Positions 60,050 to 64,000 of a stretch of 64,000 bases of DNA are shown in pieces. Below the pieces are notes generated by a model, which did no database searches, was not told the origin of the DNA, and saw only the letters and a list, made by a program, of their open reading frames with translations. Within the stretch, counting starts at the first letter, position 1. Each line of letters starts with the position of its first letter. The DNA lies in the NCBI RefSeq assembly GCF_009914755.1, contig NC_060940.1; one strand, 5' to 3'. Source of the stretch: the human T2T-CHM13v2.0 reference genome, Homo sapiens. The translations under genes and the position numbers were made by a program.

Positions 60050-60344
60050 TTTTTTTTTTTTTTTTGGCAGTCTTGCTCTGTCTCCCAGGCTGGACTGCAG
60101 TGTCGCGATCTCAGCTCACTGCAGCCTCTGCCTCCTGGGGTTCAAGTGATTCTCCTGCTTCAGCCTCCCCAGTAGCTGGGATTATAGGTACCTGCCCCCT
60201 CTCCCCGCTAATTCTTGTATTTTTAGTAGAGATAGGGTTTCATCATGTTGGCCAGGCTGGTCTTGAATTCCTGACCTCAAGTGATCCACCCGCCTTGGCC
60301 TCCCAAAGTGCTGGGATTACAGGTGTGAGCTACCATGCCTGGTC
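60050..60344 (-). mobile_element. AluS
   Basis: antisense Alu dimer. Confidence 0.9.
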
Positions 60345-60371
60345 TCGTGAGTCTTGTTCATCACTTACCTC

Positions 60372-60808
60372 CTTTTGTTCTTCCAGCTTCAGTTTCAGGT
60401 TCAGGGGGTACATGTACAGGTTTGTTACATGGGTAAATTGCATGTCCCTGGAGTTTGGTGTACTAATGATTTCATCACCCAGGTAGTGAGCATAGTACCT
60501 GATAGTAGTTTTTGATCCTCACCTTCCACCCTCAAGGAGGTCTCAGTGTCTGTTGTTCCCTTCTTTGTGTCATGAGTGCCTGATGTTTACCTCCCACTTA
60601 TAAGTGAGAATATGCAGCATTTGGTTTTCTGTTCCTGTATTAACTCACTTAGGATAGTGGCCTCCAGCTGCGTCCATGTTGCAGCAAAGAGCATGGTTTC
60701 ATTCTTTTTTATGCCTGCATAGTATTCCATGGTGTTTATATACCACATTTTCTTTATCCCATGCACCGTGGATGGGCACCTCTGTTGATTTCTTGTCTTT
60801 GCTATTGC
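60372..60808 (-). mobile_element. L1PA15-16-like 3' end
   Basis: TTCAGGGGGTACATGT.CAGGTTTGTTACATGGGTAAATTG..TAGTATTCCATGGTGT.TATATACCACATTTTCTTTATCC. Confidence 0.88.
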
Positions 60809-61694
60809 ATCACTTACTCTTGAATCTGGAGCAGTGCCTAGCACATAATAGACATTCAGGACATGTTTGTTGAGCAATGAATGGATGAGTTAGGAATCAA
60901 TTACATATAAATCAATAATCAATAATCATCAATGATGAATTTCTATGAACAAATATGAAAATTAGATCGGCCGCATTGTAGAGATGAGGAGACAGCCCTG
61001 TAGAAGGAAAGTGCCTCATCAAAATGCAACATCGCTGTGAAAGTGTAGACTTGGAGCTCCAGCTGAAGTCATCTGTGTATTTTCTAAGCTGTCCCCTCTA
61101 CCATCCTGCCTTCTCCGGGAGCTGCCAAAGTGCAGCGCTGATGCCTCCTCTCTCTGTCCCACAGCCTGACTTTTGTTCAGCTCCTGCTTCTCTTCTTCAC
61201 CAACTGCCAGCTTCAGCTGCTTTGTGGCACCCTGGGGCTTGAAGCTTCATTTCTGGTGCTGTGGCACCACAAAGCTCTGCCCCAGTGTCACTTGAGTCCA
61301 AGTAGATCAGCCAAGTTTGAATGATCTCTCTCTTGGCCACTTCAGTCTATGAAGCTGGAGTTGAGACCATCTGTGATTTTACACATTCGTTACAGCAAAA
61401 CCAAGAGGGCCATGGGGTAAGAGGGCCATTAAGCTAGAGGCTGAGCAAAACTCTGCTCTTGAAGCACCTTCTGAGATGGCTTCTCATGGAACGTCTGCGC
61501 AAAGTGGCTTCACATCCAATTAAGTCAAAGATGCATTAAATGAATCCAGTTTGTAACTGCTTCCAACCATGAAGTCACAGTTCCATCTCTTGCCCTGGGA
61601 GGGGCTTCTTTCAGGCTCTGAGGACTGGAGCCCTGGAGACTTTATTGCCTTACGGTTTCCTCCTCTACCATCAGATGTTTCTTTTTCATGTGTT

Positions 61695-61930
61695 CTGGCC
61701 TGGATTTGAATAGACTGCCTGGATTTGAATGCTGCCTTCACCTCTTTCTGGTGTGTAATCTTGGACAAGTTACCTTCTTTCTCAGTGCCTCAGTTTCCTC
61801 TTCAGTACAATAAGGATAATAATAAGACCTACCACATAGCTGTAGAGAGGATTAAAGGAGCCAATATGTGGAAAGTATTTACAACAGTGTACTGCATAGT
61901 AGCTTTTCTATAAGTGATTATTATTATTAT
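61695..61930 (+). mobile_element. MIR
   Basis: GACTGCCTGG.TTTGAAT..CTTGGACAAGTTAC..GTGCCTCAGTTTCCTC. Confidence 0.75.
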
Positions 61931-62254
61931 CCCTTCGAATCTAAAATCCCTCTAGTTTGTTTCAGAGGAGCAAGGATTGTGTCTCGCCTGCCTTTAAATC
62001 CCTTTAAGTTGGGTGTCTCAAGCCCAACCATCTGCAGGAGACTAGAAGGGGACTTACATGAGTGAATTGAATCAGGTGTGGATTTCTGTGAACTAGAGAA
62101 TGCAAGGCTGTCTGAAAGGGGAACTATTCCTTATTCATGCATCACATATACACTGGTGTGCCAAGCCCTGTTCTGCATCTGGGGACACAGCAGAGAATGA
62201 ACCGGGCAAAATTCCCTGCCCCCTTGGAGTTGATGTTGTAGTGGACTAAGCTCT

Positions 62255-62452
62255 GATGACTCTGTTGCTGCATGAGAATGTGGGCCCACTGCTGACAAAA
62301 CTTCTGATTTTTCTGTAAGAAAAGCCGGAAACCTGGATTTGTAAAAACCGTGAACTCTCCTAGCTTAAGAATTGGCAGTGGTTTCCATTTTTTTTTTTTT
62401 TTTAAAGCACAGTACATGCTGTGAACCCAAGAGCCAGTTTGCAGCCCCTGCC
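62255..62452 (-). mobile_element. MER102
   Basis: GAATGTGGGCCCA..CTTCTGATTTTT..GAAAAGCCGGAAA.CTGGATTT..GCCAGTTTGCAGCCCCTG. Confidence 0.7.
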
Positions 62453-62990
62453 TTAAGACACTCCTCTAATTGCTCTGGGAGGAGGCCTGTCTCTGCCCTG
62501 CAAATCAGCAGCTGGTCGGATTTCAAGGTCGTTGGTGTGGAGGGCGCCTCCTCCCTCTCCTGCGTGGAGGTTATTGTGGCTTTTTCTGCCCACAGAGCAG
62601 ATGACGCTGCCACCAGGCAGTGAGTTAGAATATTCCTTCTCTTATCCTTCCTTTTGGATGGTGGCCTTGGCTGGGTTCCCAGCCCCCTGACAGCAGAAGA
62701 CAAAAGGATGGAAGCAACTTCCTCATAGTCACCCATGGGGGCGATAGGGTGGTGATGGTGATGTGGAGAAAATGCATTGGGTCAGGACAGCCACCTTTGA
62801 AGCCAGAAAATTAATGATCTCTGTTGCCTGAATCTTTTCAAAGTGGAGAAGTAATTTAAAAGCTTGTGTGGGAAGGATTGAGAATGGGATTGAGAAAAGA
62901 AGTTTAGGTTGCTATCAGGAACAATTCCTAACAGCAGGAGGTTTTTGGAGAGGCAGTGGTGAAATTCCTTGGAAATTTTTGTGTGGTGTC

Positions 62991-63330
<340 letters not shown>

Positions 63331-63614
63331 TTTTATGGTGTCTTTGAAGTGCTTGTTTAAATTTACATGTGGTTGCCTCTCAGTGGGGTGCATGCTCTCT
63401 GGTTTTCCCCAAGCCCTACCACTCCCTGTTGTGCTTTACCCACTTGCCTGACTTAGTTATGCTTACTGGCCTGGCCTTTGTGGGTCTTTGAGTTTGTGCC
63501 TTCTGCTCTGAAGGAAGCATGCTTGAGATGATGGAATCTAGGTTCAAACCTACCTGCCCTATCTGCCCTTTACTGACTTGTGTGACTGTGGACAAGTTCC
63601 TCCACCCCTGAGGT

Positions 63615-64000
63615 TGTCAGGACCCTGCAGGAAATAGAACCATTCAGGTGGCTGCAAGAAGAAAGTTTCATGAAAGGACTATTTAGGGAGACTTGGGCAA
63701 GGTTAAGATTACAAATAAGGAATGTGGAAGCACCTAGGGCCTTGCAACAGCAGGAGGCGGTTACCGTCTGTAAAGAGGAAGAAGCAAGCGGAGGGAATAG
63801 TTTGGAGCCTATTGAGAGCTGGGGCTAAGAAGGAAGGCATCGCCAGCAGGAACCATGGTCCTGGAGGGATGAACCGCTTCCCAAATAGCAGTACCGAGGC
63901 AGGGAGGAAGAGGGGGAAGAAACACCCCAGCTTCTCTTCACCTCTCCCATTGCCTGTTGGCCTCACCCACTGGCTGAACCCAGCTGGAAACCAGAAGGAC
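63615..64000 (-). mobile_element. ERVL-class LTR (LTR41/LTR67-like), runs off the window
   Basis: GTTT.ATGAA.GGACTATTTA..GGGCAAGGTTAAG..GCACCTAGGG..GCAACAGCAGGA.GC.GTTACC. Confidence 0.5.

Overview
Primate (human-like) non-coding genomic DNA. I found no supportable protein-coding exon, RNA gene or CpG-island promoter; the ORF-track entries are Alu/L1/LTR-derived, low-complexity or chance ORFs. Interspersed repeats dominate: about 31 Alu elements (24 minus, 7 plus), many old L1M/L1P fragments, L2, MIR, MaLR/ERVL solo LTRs (THE1C, THE1D, MLT1, LTR16-like) and DNA-transposon MITEs (MER53, MER20, MER102, MER5, MER58A, MER63A, MER3, Tigger4a). The strand skew suggests an intron of a + strand gene, but I cannot identify the locus. 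Repeat family and subfamily calls are by eye from remembered consensus motifs, and most boundaries are approximate. I see no evidence of a new multi-gene system. The most interesting signals are footprints of local template-switch mutation: a 23-bp pre-miRNA-like hairpin bracketed by an 8-bp direct repeat (41708-41810), a ~143-bp copy of a nearby L1 segment pasted into an Alu hairpin (50316-50458, from 52099-52241), and a palindrome-perfected Alu 5' end (16898-16925). There is also a probable ancient RTE-clade LINE fossil (~32700-33050).
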